From: Mycobacterium tuberculosis H37Rv
GTDB taxonomy: Bacteria > Actinomycetota > Actinomycetes > Mycobacteriales > Mycobacteriaceae
Assembly: GCF_000195955.2 (NCBI RefSeq)
Contig: NC_000962.3
Span: forward strand, 3,870,001-3,902,000
DNA: 32,000 bases
Direction: 5' to 3'
The notes under the pieces are model-generated. The model had not been told where the DNA came from, did not search any database, and saw only the letters and a program-made list of their open reading frames with translations. Positions 21,157 through 30,492 of the stretch are shown piece after piece. The position numbers were made by a program, and so were the translations under genes. Each line of letters begins with the position of its first letter. The stretch's first letter is position 1.

Positions 21157-22091
21157 TTACCCGGTTCATCGCCGATCATCAGGGCCACCGCGAGGGCCCC
21201 GATGGTTTGCGGTGGGGTGTCGAGTCGATCTGCACACAGCTGACCGAGCTGGGTGTGCCGATCGCCCCATCGACCTACTACGACCACATCAACCGGGAGC
21301 CCAGCCGCCGCGAGCTGCGCGATGGCGAACTCAAGGAGCACATCAGCCGCGTCCACGCCGCCAACTACGGTGTTTACGGTGCCCGCAAAGTGTGGCTAAC
21401 CCTGAACCGTGAGGGCATCGAGGTGGCCAGATGCACCGTCGAACGGCTGATGACCAAACTCGGCCTGTCCGGGACCACCCGCGGCAAAGCCCGCAGGACC
21501 ACGATCGCTGATCCGGCCACAGCCCGTCCCGCCGATCTCGTCCAGCGCCGCTTCGGACCACCAGCACCTAACCGGCTGTGGGTAGCAGACCTCACCTATG
21601 TGTCGACCTGGGCAGGGTTCGCCTACGTGGCCTTTGTCACCGACGCCTACGCTCGCAGGATCCTGGGCTGGCGGGTCGCTTCCACGATGGCCACCTCCAT
21701 GGTCCTCGACGCGATCGAGCAAGCCATCTGGACCCGCCAACAAGAAGGCGTACTCGACCTGAAAGACGTTATCCACCATACGGATAGGGGATCTCAGTAC
21801 ACATCGATCCGGTTCAGCGAGCGGCTCGCCGAGGCAGGCATCCAACCGTCGGTCGGAGCGGTCGGAAGCTCCTATGACAATGCACTAGCCGAGACGATCA
21901 ACGGCCTATACAAGACCGAGCTGATCAAACCCGGCAAGCCCTGGCGGTCCATCGAGGATGTCGAGTTGGCCACCGCGCGCTGGGTCGACTGGTTCAACCA
22001 TCGCCGCCTCTACCAGTACTGCGGCGACGTCCCGCCGGTCGAACTCGAGGCTGCCTACTACGCTCAACGCCAGAGACCAGCCGCCGGCTGA
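21105..22091 (+). CDS. IS6110 OrfB, IS3-family DDE transposase catalytic part, made as OrfAB fusion (Rv3475)
   Basis: RWGVESICTQLTELGVPIAPSTYYDHINREPS; RLWVADLTYVSTWAGFAYVAFVTDAYARRILGW (D), HTDRGSQYTS (D), DNALAETINGLYKTELI (E); autonomous start uncertain. Confidence 0.95.
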   Translation, partial: KDRVGFLRGRARPASTLITRFIADHQGHREGPDGLRWGVESICTQLTELGVPIAPSTYYDHINREPSRRELRDGELKEHISRVHAANYGVYGARKVWLTLNREGIEVARCTVERLMTKLGLSGTTRGKARRTTIADPATARPADLVQRRFGPPAPNRLWVADLTYVSTWAGFAYVAFVTDAYARRILGWRVASTMATSMVLDAIEQAIWTRQQEGVLDLKDVIHHTDRGSQYTSIRFSERLAEAGIQPSVGAVGSSYDNALAETINGLYKTELIKPGKPWRSIEDVELATARWVDWFNHRRLYQYCGDVPPVELEAAYYAQRQRPAAG

Positions 22092-22105
22092 GGTCTCAGA
22101 TCAGA

Positions 22106-22133
22106 GAGTCTCCGGACTCACCGGGGCGGTTCA
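22106..22133 (-). repeat. IS6110 right terminal inverted repeat (28 bp)
   Basis: GAGTCTCCGGACTCACCGGGGCGGTTCA, imperfect inverse of left IR. Confidence 0.98.
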
Positions 22134-22136
22134 GAC
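22134..22136. repeat. Target-site duplication GAC (right copy) of IS6110
   Basis: Same 3 bp as 20776-20778. Confidence 0.85.
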
Positions 22137-22175
22137 ACCGCCCGGCCCGTGGACCGAGAACGATTCAGCTGCCAT
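22134..22175 (-). pseudogene. bpoA: Severed 5' end of bpoA
   Basis: Reverse strand from ATG 22175: MAAESFSVHGPGGV..., in phase with VRIVADRLGDPRARAVVFLHGG of 20778 downward once IS6110 plus one GAC is removed. Confidence 0.8.
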
Positions 22176-22370
22176 TGATATCGGGTCCATCAGGGGATCC
22201 AGAACCATCCGTTTGCATGCCCTACCACGATCCTGTCCTACCGAGCGGCCCGCAGTCACCCCAGATTCGGCGTCAATCCGGCACCCGGTTCGTGGTCCAT
22301 CCACGGAACCCAAGGCGCCATTTTCGCAGTGATTGCACGCTCGGCGAAAGGTGTTACCCAGACGCTACAG

Positions 22371-23720
22371 CTATGCGTGCCCGTAGAATGCAAATCCCTG
22401 CTCGCGGTCGAGGTAGGTATCGGCCTTGTTCTTGATGAAAAACACATAGACAATCAGCGAGACCGCTATGCACGCGGTCACGTAGGCGATGAACATCGGC
22501 ACCTGATCGCGTTCCTTAAGAGCCTGGTAGATCAGCGGCGCGGTGCCGCCGAAGACCGAGTTCGCCAGTGCATAGCCGACTCCGACACCAAGGGCGCGCA
22601 CGTGCGCGGGGAACAGTTCGGACTTGACCAGTGCATTGATCGAGCAGTATCCGGTCAGAATCACATAGCCAACGGCCACCAATAGAAACGACATTGTCGG
22701 CGAACGTGTTTCGGGAAGATAAGTAACAAGGACGTAGGTATAGATGAGTCCGCCGACGCCGAACCACAGCAGCAGTGGCTTGCGGCCGATCTTGTCGCTG
22801 ATCATGCCCCCGATGGGCTGCAGCATCATCAACAGAATCAGACCAACCAGGTTGATCCAAGTAGCGGTCATCGCCTGCGAACCGTAGACACTCTTGACGA
22901 TCGCAGGTGCATTGACGCTGTAGGTATAAAACGCGACCGTGCCGCCCAACGTGACGAGGAAACAGAGCAGCAATGGCTTCCAATAGTGGGTGGCCAGTTC
23001 ACGGAGCGACCCGGAGTCGTGGTCCCGCCCGGCCTTGATCGCAGTCAGGCGTTCCTGACTGAGCGATTCATCCATCGTGCGCCGCAACCAGAACACCACG
23101 ATCGCGGCGCCACCGCCTACGGCGAAGCCGATGCGCCAGCCGAATTCGTGAACCTGCTCGCGGGTGAAGACCGCCAGGATGACTAGCAGGGTGAACTGGG
23201 CAAGCACGTGCCCACCCACCAGCGTCACATACTGAAACGACGAGAAGTAGCCGCGCCGCTCCCGCGTCGCGGCCTCAGACATGTACGTCGCCGACGTGCC
23301 GTACTCTCCGCCGGTCGCAAATCCCTGGACGAGCCGACACAAAATAAGCAGGATCGGCGCAGCGACGCCAATGCTCGAGCGAGACGGCACCAACGCCACG
23401 ATCAGCGAACAGGCGGCCATCAGCGACACACTGAACGTCAGCGCGGCCCGGCGGCCGCGGCGGTCGGCAAACCGACCAAGGAACCACGATCCGACGGGCC
23501 GGGTCACGAAGGTAACAGCGAAGATCGCGTAGACATAGACCGTCGAGTTGCGATCGGCCCGATCAAAGAATTGGTCCTCGAAATACGTAGCGAACACGGT
23601 GTAGACGTAGACGTCATACCACTCGACCAGATTGCCCGACGATCCCCGGATCGTGTTCCAAATGGCCCGACGGGTCTCGGCCTGACTCGGGCGCGATGGA
23701 GGTGCAATGGAAACGGTCAT
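22371..23720 (-). CDS. kgtP: MFS transporter of metabolite:H+ symporter type, alpha-ketoglutarate permease-like (Rv3476c)
   Basis: 449 aa from ATG 23720; WNTIRGSSGNLVEWYDVYVYTVFATYFEDQFF, GSWFLGRFADRRGRRAALTFSV, RLVQGFATGGEYGTSATYMSEAA. Confidence 0.87.
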   Translation of the reverse strand: MTVSIAPPSRPSQAETRRAIWNTIRGSSGNLVEWYDVYVYTVFATYFEDQFFDRADRNSTVYVYAIFAVTFVTRPVGSWFLGRFADRRGRRAALTFSVSLMAACSLIVALVPSRSSIGVAAPILLILCRLVQGFATGGEYGTSATYMSEAATRERRGYFSSFQYVTLVGGHVLAQFTLLVILAVFTREQVHEFGWRIGFAVGGGAAIVVFWLRRTMDESLSQERLTAIKAGRDHDSGSLRELATHYWKPLLLCFLVTLGGTVAFYTYSVNAPAIVKSVYGSQAMTATWINLVGLILLMMLQPIGGMISDKIGRKPLLLWFGVGGLIYTYVLVTYLPETRSPTMSFLLVAVGYVILTGYCSINALVKSELFPAHVRALGVGVGYALANSVFGGTAPLIYQALKERDQVPMFIAYVTACIAVSLIVYVFFIKNKADTYLDREQGFAFYGHA

Positions 23721-24092
23721 GGTGTCCTCCATGCGATTCGCATTGTCGCGCCGTCTGACGGTCACCATAGTGACCGACGTCAGCACCCGCCGTGCAGGGC
23801 TGGAGCGTGGTCGGTTTTGACTCTGCGGTCAAGGTGACGTCCCTCGGCGTGTCGCCGGCGTGGATGCAGACTCGATGCCGCTCTTTAGTGCAACTAATTT
23901 CGTTGAAGTGCCTGCGAGGTATAGGACTTCACGATTGGTTAATGTAGCGTTCACCCCGTGTTGGGGTCGATTTGGCCGGACCAGTCGTCACCAACGCTTG
24001 GCGTGCGCGCCAGGCGGGCGATCAGATCGCTTGACTACCAATCAATCTTGAGCTCCCGGGCCGATGCTCGGGCTAAATGAGGAGGAGCACGC

Positions 24093-24389
24093 GTGTCTTT
24101 CACTGCGCAACCGGAGATGTTGGCGGCCGCGGCTGGCGAACTTCGTTCCCTGGGGGCAACGCTGAAGGCTAGCAATGCCGCCGCAGCCGTGCCGACGACT
24201 GGGGTGGTGCCCCCGGCTGCCGACGAGGTGTCGCTGCTGCTTGCCACACAATTCCGTACGCATGCGGCGACGTATCAGACGGCCAGCGCCAAGGCCGCGG
24301 TGATCCATGAGCAGTTTGTGACCACGCTGGCCACCAGCGCTAGTTCATATGCGGACACCGAGGCCGCCAACGCTGTGGTCACCGGCTAG
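24093..24389 (+). CDS. PE31: PE family protein (Rv3477)
   Basis: 98 aa; GTG start preceded by GGAGGA; MSFTAQPEMLAAAAGELRSLGATLKASNAAAAVPTTGVVPPAADEVSLL (PE domain, PE motif). Confidence 0.95.
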   Translation: MSFTAQPEMLAAAAGELRSLGATLKASNAAAAVPTTGVVPPAADEVSLLLATQFRTHAATYQTASAKAAVIHEQFVTTLATSASSYADTEAANAVVTG

Positions 24390-24425
24390 CTGACCTGACG
24401 GTATTCGAGCGGAAGGATTATCGAA

Positions 24426-25607
24426 GTGGTGGATTTCGGGGCGTTACCACCGGAGATCAACTCCGCGAGGATGTACGCCGGCCCGGGTTCGGCCTCGCTG
24501 GTGGCCGCCGCGAAGATGTGGGACAGCGTGGCGAGTGACCTGTTTTCGGCCGCGTCGGCGTTTCAGTCGGTGGTCTGGGGTCTGACGGTGGGGTCGTGGA
24601 TAGGTTCGTCGGCGGGTCTGATGGCGGCGGCGGCCTCGCCGTATGTGGCGTGGATGAGCGTCACCGCGGGGCAGGCCCAGCTGACCGCCGCCCAGGTCCG
24701 GGTTGCTGCGGCGGCCTACGAGACAGCGTATAGGCTGACGGTGCCCCCGCCGGTGATCGCCGAGAACCGTACCGAACTGATGACGCTGACCGCGACCAAC
24801 CTCTTGGGGCAAAACACGCCGGCGATCGAGGCCAATCAGGCCGCATACAGCCAGATGTGGGGCCAAGACGCGGAGGCGATGTATGGCTACGCCGCCACGG
24901 CGGCGACGGCGACCGAGGCGTTGCTGCCGTTCGAGGACGCCCCACTGATCACCAACCCCGGCGGGCTCCTTGAGCAGGCCGTCGCGGTCGAGGAGGCCAT
25001 CGACACCGCCGCGGCGAACCAGTTGATGAACAATGTGCCCCAAGCGCTGCAACAGCTGGCCCAGCCAGCGCAGGGCGTCGTACCTTCTTCCAAGCTGGGT
25101 GGGCTGTGGACGGCGGTCTCGCCGCATCTGTCGCCGCTCAGCAACGTCAGTTCGATAGCCAACAACCACATGTCGATGATGGGCACGGGTGTGTCGATGA
25201 CCAACACCTTGCACTCGATGTTGAAGGGCTTAGCTCCGGCGGCGGCTCAGGCCGTGGAAACCGCGGCGGAAAACGGGGTCTGGGCGATGAGCTCGCTGGG
25301 CAGCCAGCTGGGTTCGTCGCTGGGTTCTTCGGGTCTGGGCGCTGGGGTGGCCGCCAACTTGGGTCGGGCGGCCTCGGTCGGTTCGTTGTCGGTGCCGCCA
25401 GCATGGGCCGCGGCCAACCAGGCGGTCACCCCGGCGGCGCGGGCGCTGCCGCTGACCAGCCTGACCAGCGCCGCCCAAACCGCCCCCGGACACATGCTGG
25501 GCGGGCTACCGCTGGGGCACTCGGTCAACGCCGGCAGCGGTATCAACAATGCGCTGCGGGTGCCGGCACGGGCCTACGCGATACCCCGCACACCGGCCGC
25601 CGGATAG
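24426..25607 (+). CDS. PPE60: PPE family protein, SVP subgroup (Rv3478)
   Basis: 393 aa; MVDFGALPPEINSARMYAGPGSASLVAAAKMWDSVASDLFSAASAFQSVVWGL; GSLSVPPAWAAAN (SVP motif). Confidence 0.94.
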   Translation: MVDFGALPPEINSARMYAGPGSASLVAAAKMWDSVASDLFSAASAFQSVVWGLTVGSWIGSSAGLMAAAASPYVAWMSVTAGQAQLTAAQVRVAAAAYETAYRLTVPPPVIAENRTELMTLTATNLLGQNTPAIEANQAAYSQMWGQDAEAMYGYAATAATATEALLPFEDAPLITNPGGLLEQAVAVEEAIDTAAANQLMNNVPQALQQLAQPAQGVVPSSKLGGLWTAVSPHLSPLSNVSSIANNHMSMMGTGVSMTNTLHSMLKGLAPAAAQAVETAAENGVWAMSSLGSQLGSSLGSSGLGAGVAANLGRAASVGSLSVPPAWAAANQAVTPAARALPLTSLTSAAQTAPGHMLGGLPLGHSVNAGSGINNALRVPARAYAIPRTPAAG

Positions 25608-25657
25608 CACGACCGGTTTGCGCGGATGCGTCGGCGTTGTTCCCCGCCGCGGTTGGC

Positions 25658-28600
25658 GTGCTCTGGCAATCTGGTCTAAGGGACCCGACCCCACCGGGCG
25701 GACCCCACGGCATCGAGGGGCTGTCGCTGGCATTCGAAAAGCCGTCACCGGTAACGGCATTGACGCAGGAACTACGATTCGCGACGACCATGACGGGCGG
25801 CGTCAGCCTCGCGATCTGGATGGCCGGTGTTACGCGGGAGATCAACCTGCTCGCGCAGGCCTCACAATGGCGCAGGCTGGGGGGAACCTTCCCGACCAAC
25901 AGCCAACTCACCAACGAGTCAGCCGCTTCCCTGCGGCTCTACGCTCAACTAATCGACCTCCTCGACATGGTCGTCGACGTCGACATCTTGTCGGGAACAA
26001 GTGCGGGCGGCATCAACGCGGCTTTGCTTGCGTCATCCCGAGTCACCGGGTCTGACCTGGGCGGGATCCGCGACCTCTGGCTCGATCTTGGGGCCTTGAC
26101 CGAGCTTCTCCGAGATCCGCGGGACAAGAAAACACCGTCCCTCTTGTACGGCGACGAACGCATATTCGCCGCTCTGGCCAAGCGGCTTCCCAAGCTGGCG
26201 ACCGGGCCGTTCCCGCCCACGACCTTTCCGGAGGCCGCGCGCACCCCGTCCACCACCCTGTACATCACGACGACGCTGCTAGCCGGGGAAACAAGCAGAT
26301 TCACCGACTCATTCGGCACTCTCGTCCAGGATGTCGACCTCCGCGGTCTGTTCACCTTCACCGAAACCGACCTGGCGCGGCCAGACACGGCGCCGGCGCT
26401 GGCACTAGCAGCGCGCAGTTCCGCCTCATTCCCACTTGCGTTCGAACCCTCCTTTCTGCCGTTCACGAAGGGAACCGCCAAGAAGGGAGAGGTGCCGGCT
26501 CGACCGGCGATGGCGCCGTTCACCAGCCTTACCCGTCCGCACTGGGTTAGCGATGGTGGCTTGCTGGACAACCGGCCAATTGGCGTTTTGTTCAAGCGCA
26601 TCTTCGACCGTCCAGCCCGACGGCCGGTTCGCCGGGTGCTCCTGTTCGTCGTACCATCGTCCGGACCCGCACCCGACCCGATGCATGAGCCACCACCGGA
26701 CAACGTCGACGAGCCACTCGGGCTCATCGACGGGCTGCTGAAGGGCCTGGCCGCGGTCACCACCCAGTCGATCGCGGCCGACCTACGCGCGATCCGCGCC
26801 CATCAGGACTGCATGGAAGCGCGCACAGATGCCAAACTGCGGCTCGCAGAGCTGGCGGCAACGCTGCGGAACGGCACACGGTTGCTCACCCCGTCCCTGC
26901 TCACGGATTACCGGACCCGCGAGGCAACCAAGCAGGCCCAGACCCTCACCAGCGCTCTGCTGCGCCGGCTTTCCACCTGTCCGCCGGAGTCGGGCCCGGC
27001 AACCGAAAGCCTTCCCAAGAGCTGGTCAGCCGAACTCACCGTCGGTGGTGACGCCGACAAGGTGTGCCGGCAGCAGATCACCGCGACGATCCTGCTTTCT
27101 TGGTCGCAGCCGACCGCCCAGCCGCTCCCACAGAGTCCAGCCGAGCTGGCTCGGTTCGGTCAGCCGGCCTACGACCTTGCAAAAGGATGCGCGCTCACCG
27201 TCATCCGGGCGGCATTCCAGCTGGCACGTTCGGATGCTGACATCGCCGCGTTGGCGGAAGTCACCGAAGCAATCCACCGGGCGTGGCGACCGACCGCGTC
27301 ATCCGATCTCAGTGTGCTAGTGCGGACGATGTGTAGCAGACCAGCGATCCGACAAGGGTCGCTCGAGAACGCCGCTGACCAGCTCGCTGCCGACTATCTC
27401 CAACAATCCACGGTGCCCGGCGACGCTTGGGAGCGGCTCGGTGCCGCCTTGGTGAACGCCTACCCGACCTTGACGCAACTTGCCGCCAGCGCTTCAGCCG
27501 ACTCGGGTGCCCCGACAGACTCTCTGCTCGCCCGGGACCATGTTGCAGCCGGTCAGTTGGAAACGTACCTCAGCTATCTGGGGACCTATCCAGGGCGTGC
27601 CGACGACTCGCGCGACGCACCGACCATGGCATGGAAGCTATTCGATCTCGCCACGACGCAGCGCGCGATGCTCCCGGCCGACGCAGAGATCGAGCAAGGC
27701 CTCGAACTCGTGCAGGTTAGCGCCGACACCCGCAGCCTGCTCGCACCTGACTGGCAGACAGCCCAGCAGAAGCTCACCGGCATGCGCTTGCATCATTTCG
27801 GTGCGTTCTACAAGAGGTCATGGCGAGCCAATGACTGGATGTGGGGCCGACTCGACGGAGCGGGATGGCTCGTCCACGTGCTGCTAGACCCGCGCCGGGT
27901 GCGCTGGATCGTCGGGGAGCGCGCCGATACCAACGGGCCGCAGAGCGGTGCACAATGGTTCCTAGGCAAACTCAAAGAACTTGGGGCACCTGACTTTCCG
28001 AGTCCGGGCTACCCGCTGCCGGCGGTCGGCGGCGGGCCGGCCCAACATCTGACCGAGGACATGCTGCTCGATGAGCTTGGCTTCCTGGACGACCCAGCAA
28101 AGCCGCTGCCGGCCAGCATTCCGTGGACCGCGCTGTGGTTGTCGCAGGCGTGGCAACAACGAGTCCTCGAAGAGGAATTGGACGGACTGGCCAACACGGT
28201 GCTCGACCCACAGCCCGGAAAATTGCCGGACTGGAGCCCGACGAGTTCACGAACATGGGCGACCAAGGTATTGGCCGCTCACCCTGGCGACGCCAAATAT
28301 GCTCTGCTGAACGAAAATCCAATCGCAGGCGAAACATTCGCCAGCGACAAGGGCTCACCACTGATGGCGCACACGGTCGCCAAAGCCGCCGCGACTGCGG
28401 CCGGAGCAGCCGGCTCGGTCCGGCAGCTGCCCAGTGTATTGAAGCCACCACTGATCACGTTGCGGACACTCACCCTCAGTGGATACCGAGTGGTCTCGTT
28501 GACCAAAGGCATTGCCAGATCGACCATTATCGCCGGCGCGCTGCTACTTGTGCTCGGCGTCGCGGCGGCGATCCAGTCGGTGACCGTGTTCGGAGTCACT

Positions 28601-28885
28601 GGCCTGATCGCGGCCGGGACTGGGGGCTTGCTGGTCGTCCTAGGCACTTGGCAGGTCTCCGGCAGGCTCCTTTTTGCACTGCTGTCTTTCTCGGTTGTCG
28701 GCGCGGTACTCGCGTTGGCGACGCCCGTCGTACGCGAATGGCTGTTCGGCACCCAGCAGCAGCCCGGCTGGGTAGGCACTCACGCGTATTGGCTTGGCGC
28801 CCAATGGTGGCACCCCCTGGTCGTCGTCGGGCTCATCGCACTGGTGGCCATCATGATCGCAGCGGCCACCCCAGGACGACGGTGA
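25658..28885 (+). CDS. Large patatin-like phospholipase domain protein with C-terminal transmembrane helices (Rv3479)
   Basis: TQELRFATTMTGGVSLAIWMAGVTREINLL, GTSAGGINAALLASSRV (GxSxG), WVSDGGLLDNRP (Asp of dyad); C-terminal TM helices. Start uncertain (GTG 25658, TTG 25760 or ATG 25790). Confidence 0.78.
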   Translation: MLWQSGLRDPTPPGGPHGIEGLSLAFEKPSPVTALTQELRFATTMTGGVSLAIWMAGVTREINLLAQASQWRRLGGTFPTNSQLTNESAASLRLYAQLIDLLDMVVDVDILSGTSAGGINAALLASSRVTGSDLGGIRDLWLDLGALTELLRDPRDKKTPSLLYGDERIFAALAKRLPKLATGPFPPTTFPEAARTPSTTLYITTTLLAGETSRFTDSFGTLVQDVDLRGLFTFTETDLARPDTAPALALAARSSASFPLAFEPSFLPFTKGTAKKGEVPARPAMAPFTSLTRPHWVSDGGLLDNRPIGVLFKRIFDRPARRPVRRVLLFVVPSSGPAPDPMHEPPPDNVDEPLGLIDGLLKGLAAVTTQSIAADLRAIRAHQDCMEARTDAKLRLAELAATLRNGTRLLTPSLLTDYRTREATKQAQTLTSALLRRLSTCPPESGPATESLPKSWSAELTVGGDADKVCRQQITATILLSWSQPTAQPLPQSPAELARFGQPAYDLAKGCALTVIRAAFQLARSDADIAALAEVTEAIHRAWRPTASSDLSVLVRTMCSRPAIRQGSLENAADQLAADYLQQSTVPGDAWERLGAALVNAYPTLTQLAASASADSGAPTDSLLARDHVAAGQLETYLSYLGTYPGRADDSRDAPTMAWKLFDLATTQRAMLPADAEIEQGLELVQVSADTRSLLAPDWQTAQQKLTGMRLHHFGAFYKRSWRANDWMWGRLDGAGWLVHVLLDPRRVRWIVGERADTNGPQSGAQWFLGKLKELGAPDFPSPGYPLPAVGGGPAQHLTEDMLLDELGFLDDPAKPLPASIPWTALWLSQAWQQRVLEEELDGLANTVLDPQPGKLPDWSPTSSRTWATKVLAAHPGDAKYALLNENPIAGETFASDKGSPLMAHTVAKAAATAAGAAGSVRQLPSVLKPPLITLRTLTLSGYRVVSLTKGIARSTIIAGALLLVLGVAAAIQSVTVFGVTGLIAAGTGGLLVVLGTWQVSGRLLFALLSFSVVGAVLALATPVVREWLFGTQQQPGWVGTHAYWLGAQWWHPLVVVGLIALVAIMIAAATPGRR

Positions 28886-28908
28886 CGATGCGTGCGGTGA
28901 TCCGGAAT

Positions 28909-30402
28909 TCAGGAACCGAGGCCCGCGGCGCCGTCAGCCGCCGCCAACTGATCGAGCGCTTCGCCGGTGTAGACGGCGAGCCGCTGCAGGTGTGGCAGTG
29001 TGTCACGGCAGCCGATGAATCCAAAGTTCAGCGTGCCGGCGTAACTCTGCAAAGTAACGTTGAGAGCCTGGCTGTGCGCCACCAGGGAGACCGGATAGGA
29101 CGCCTCCATCCGGCTGCCCCGCAGGTAGAGCACGTCCTCGGGCCCCGGCACATTGCTGACACACAGGTTGAACGTGTACGGCCAGGGTGGCTTCACCCCA
29201 CTGAGCGTGCTGGCCAACTGCACCCCGTACGGCGCCATCAACGCGGCGCTATAGGCCAGGATCGCGTCCTTGTCCATGGACCTCAGCTGAGCCTTGGCCG
29301 CGCGGGTTGACGCCGTGACCGCCGCCAGCCGCTGCACCGGATCGGCAACGTCGGTACCCAACGTCGCCAGGATGGTCGCGACCGCGTTGCCGCCGCCCTC
29401 GTCGTCCTTGGGTCGCACGTTGACCGGCAAGACCACGATCAGCGACTTGTTGGGCAGCTCACCCAGCTCGTCCAGAAAACGTCGTAAGCCGCCTCCGATG
29501 ATCGCCAACGCGACGTCGTTGATTGTGGCATCATATTGAGCCCCAATGGCTTTCAGTCGATCCAGCGGATATTGCTGGGTGGCGAAGCGGCGGTTGCGGC
29601 TGATGCGGGTGTTGAGTATGCAGTGCGGCGCTTGCACCGAGCCGACGAGGTTGCGGTACTCGTGATCACTGCGCAGCTGGGCGTTGACCAGCGCCTTGGT
29701 GAGCTCGAACGTCGATCGTCCCGCACCGGCCACCGAACCTAAGACGCTACCGACCCCGCTGACCAGCCCGCCCAACCCCCGCACCACGTCGCCCAGGCCA
29801 TCGAGCACGTTACCGGCCCCAGCTATCAAACCGCCGCCGACGGAGTCTTGAGTGTCGGCGGGTGATCGGCCAGGTGTGGGAATGTTGAAGAACAACGGGT
29901 GGGTGGTGTCGTGCGGGTCGGTGGACAGGCTGCGGGCCAGCATTTTCTGGCCGGTATAGCCGTCTATCAACGAGTGGTGCATCTTGATGTAGATCGCGAA
30001 CCGGCCACCTTCGAGGCCTTCGATGAAATGCACTTCCCACGGCGGACGGCGTAGGTCCAGGGCGTGACTATGCAAGCGGGACACCGGGATCCCGAGTTCA
30101 CGCTCGTCGCCAGGGCTGGCCAGCGCCGACCGGCGCACGTGGTAGTCCAGGTCGAAGTTGTCATCAACGACCCAGGACTGCGTGGGATGGTATAGCAGCT
30201 CCGGATGGCTCAGTCTTAGGCTCCAGGGTTCGACGACCTCGCTGGCCTTGCTTTCGTCGACGAGTTGGCGCAGCAAGTCCGGCGGCGCACCCGAGGGCGG
30301 CGTGAACGGCATCAACGCACCAACGTGCATCATCGTGGTCGACGATTCGGAGTACAGGAAAAACATGTCCTGCGGACCCAACCGCCGGGCCGTCTGGCTC
30401 AC
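28909..30402 (-). CDS. Wax ester synthase/diacylglycerol acyltransferase (WS/DGAT) family (Rv3480c)
   Basis: 497 aa; RLGPQDMFFLYSESSTTMMHVGALMPF; acyltransferase motif MHHSLIDGYTG (HHxxxDG); NVRPKDDEGGGNAVATILATLGTD. Confidence 0.9.
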   Translation of the reverse strand: MSQTARRLGPQDMFFLYSESSTTMMHVGALMPFTPPSGAPPDLLRQLVDESKASEVVEPWSLRLSHPELLYHPTQSWVVDDNFDLDYHVRRSALASPGDERELGIPVSRLHSHALDLRRPPWEVHFIEGLEGGRFAIYIKMHHSLIDGYTGQKMLARSLSTDPHDTTHPLFFNIPTPGRSPADTQDSVGGGLIAGAGNVLDGLGDVVRGLGGLVSGVGSVLGSVAGAGRSTFELTKALVNAQLRSDHEYRNLVGSVQAPHCILNTRISRNRRFATQQYPLDRLKAIGAQYDATINDVALAIIGGGLRRFLDELGELPNKSLIVVLPVNVRPKDDEGGGNAVATILATLGTDVADPVQRLAAVTASTRAAKAQLRSMDKDAILAYSAALMAPYGVQLASTLSGVKPPWPYTFNLCVSNVPGPEDVLYLRGSRMEASYPVSLVAHSQALNVTLQSYAGTLNFGFIGCRDTLPHLQRLAVYTGEALDQLAAADGAAGLGS

Positions 30403-30492
30403 GGGCCACTCCTTCGTTGGAGGCATTCTCAGGCCGTCTAGCGCCGCCAGATAACTACCGTAGATGATCGCGGCCGTGCGTTGTACGCCGCA

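Larger units (their letters stand above)
20779..22133 (+). mobile_element. IS6110 (IS3 family), full length 1355 bp
   Basis: Left IR tgaaccgccccggcatgtccggagactc at 20779-20806; right IR gagtctccggactcaccggggcggttca at 22106-22133; orfA/orfB with -1 slippery site. Confidence 0.99.

Noticed and set aside
22131-22313. Independent 60-aa minus-strand gene at the IS6110 right edge
   Set aside because: It ends artificially in IS6110; its 3' part is the severed start of bpoA (MAAESFSVHGPGGV), so it is not a separate gene.
25106-25657. Upstream extension of the patatin ORF (track ORF 25106-28885, 1259 aa) through PPE60
   Set aside because: The extension reads Gly/Gln/Arg-rich out-of-frame PPE60 sequence; homologous patatin sequence begins around TQELRFATTMTGG, so this is a high-GC shadow frame.
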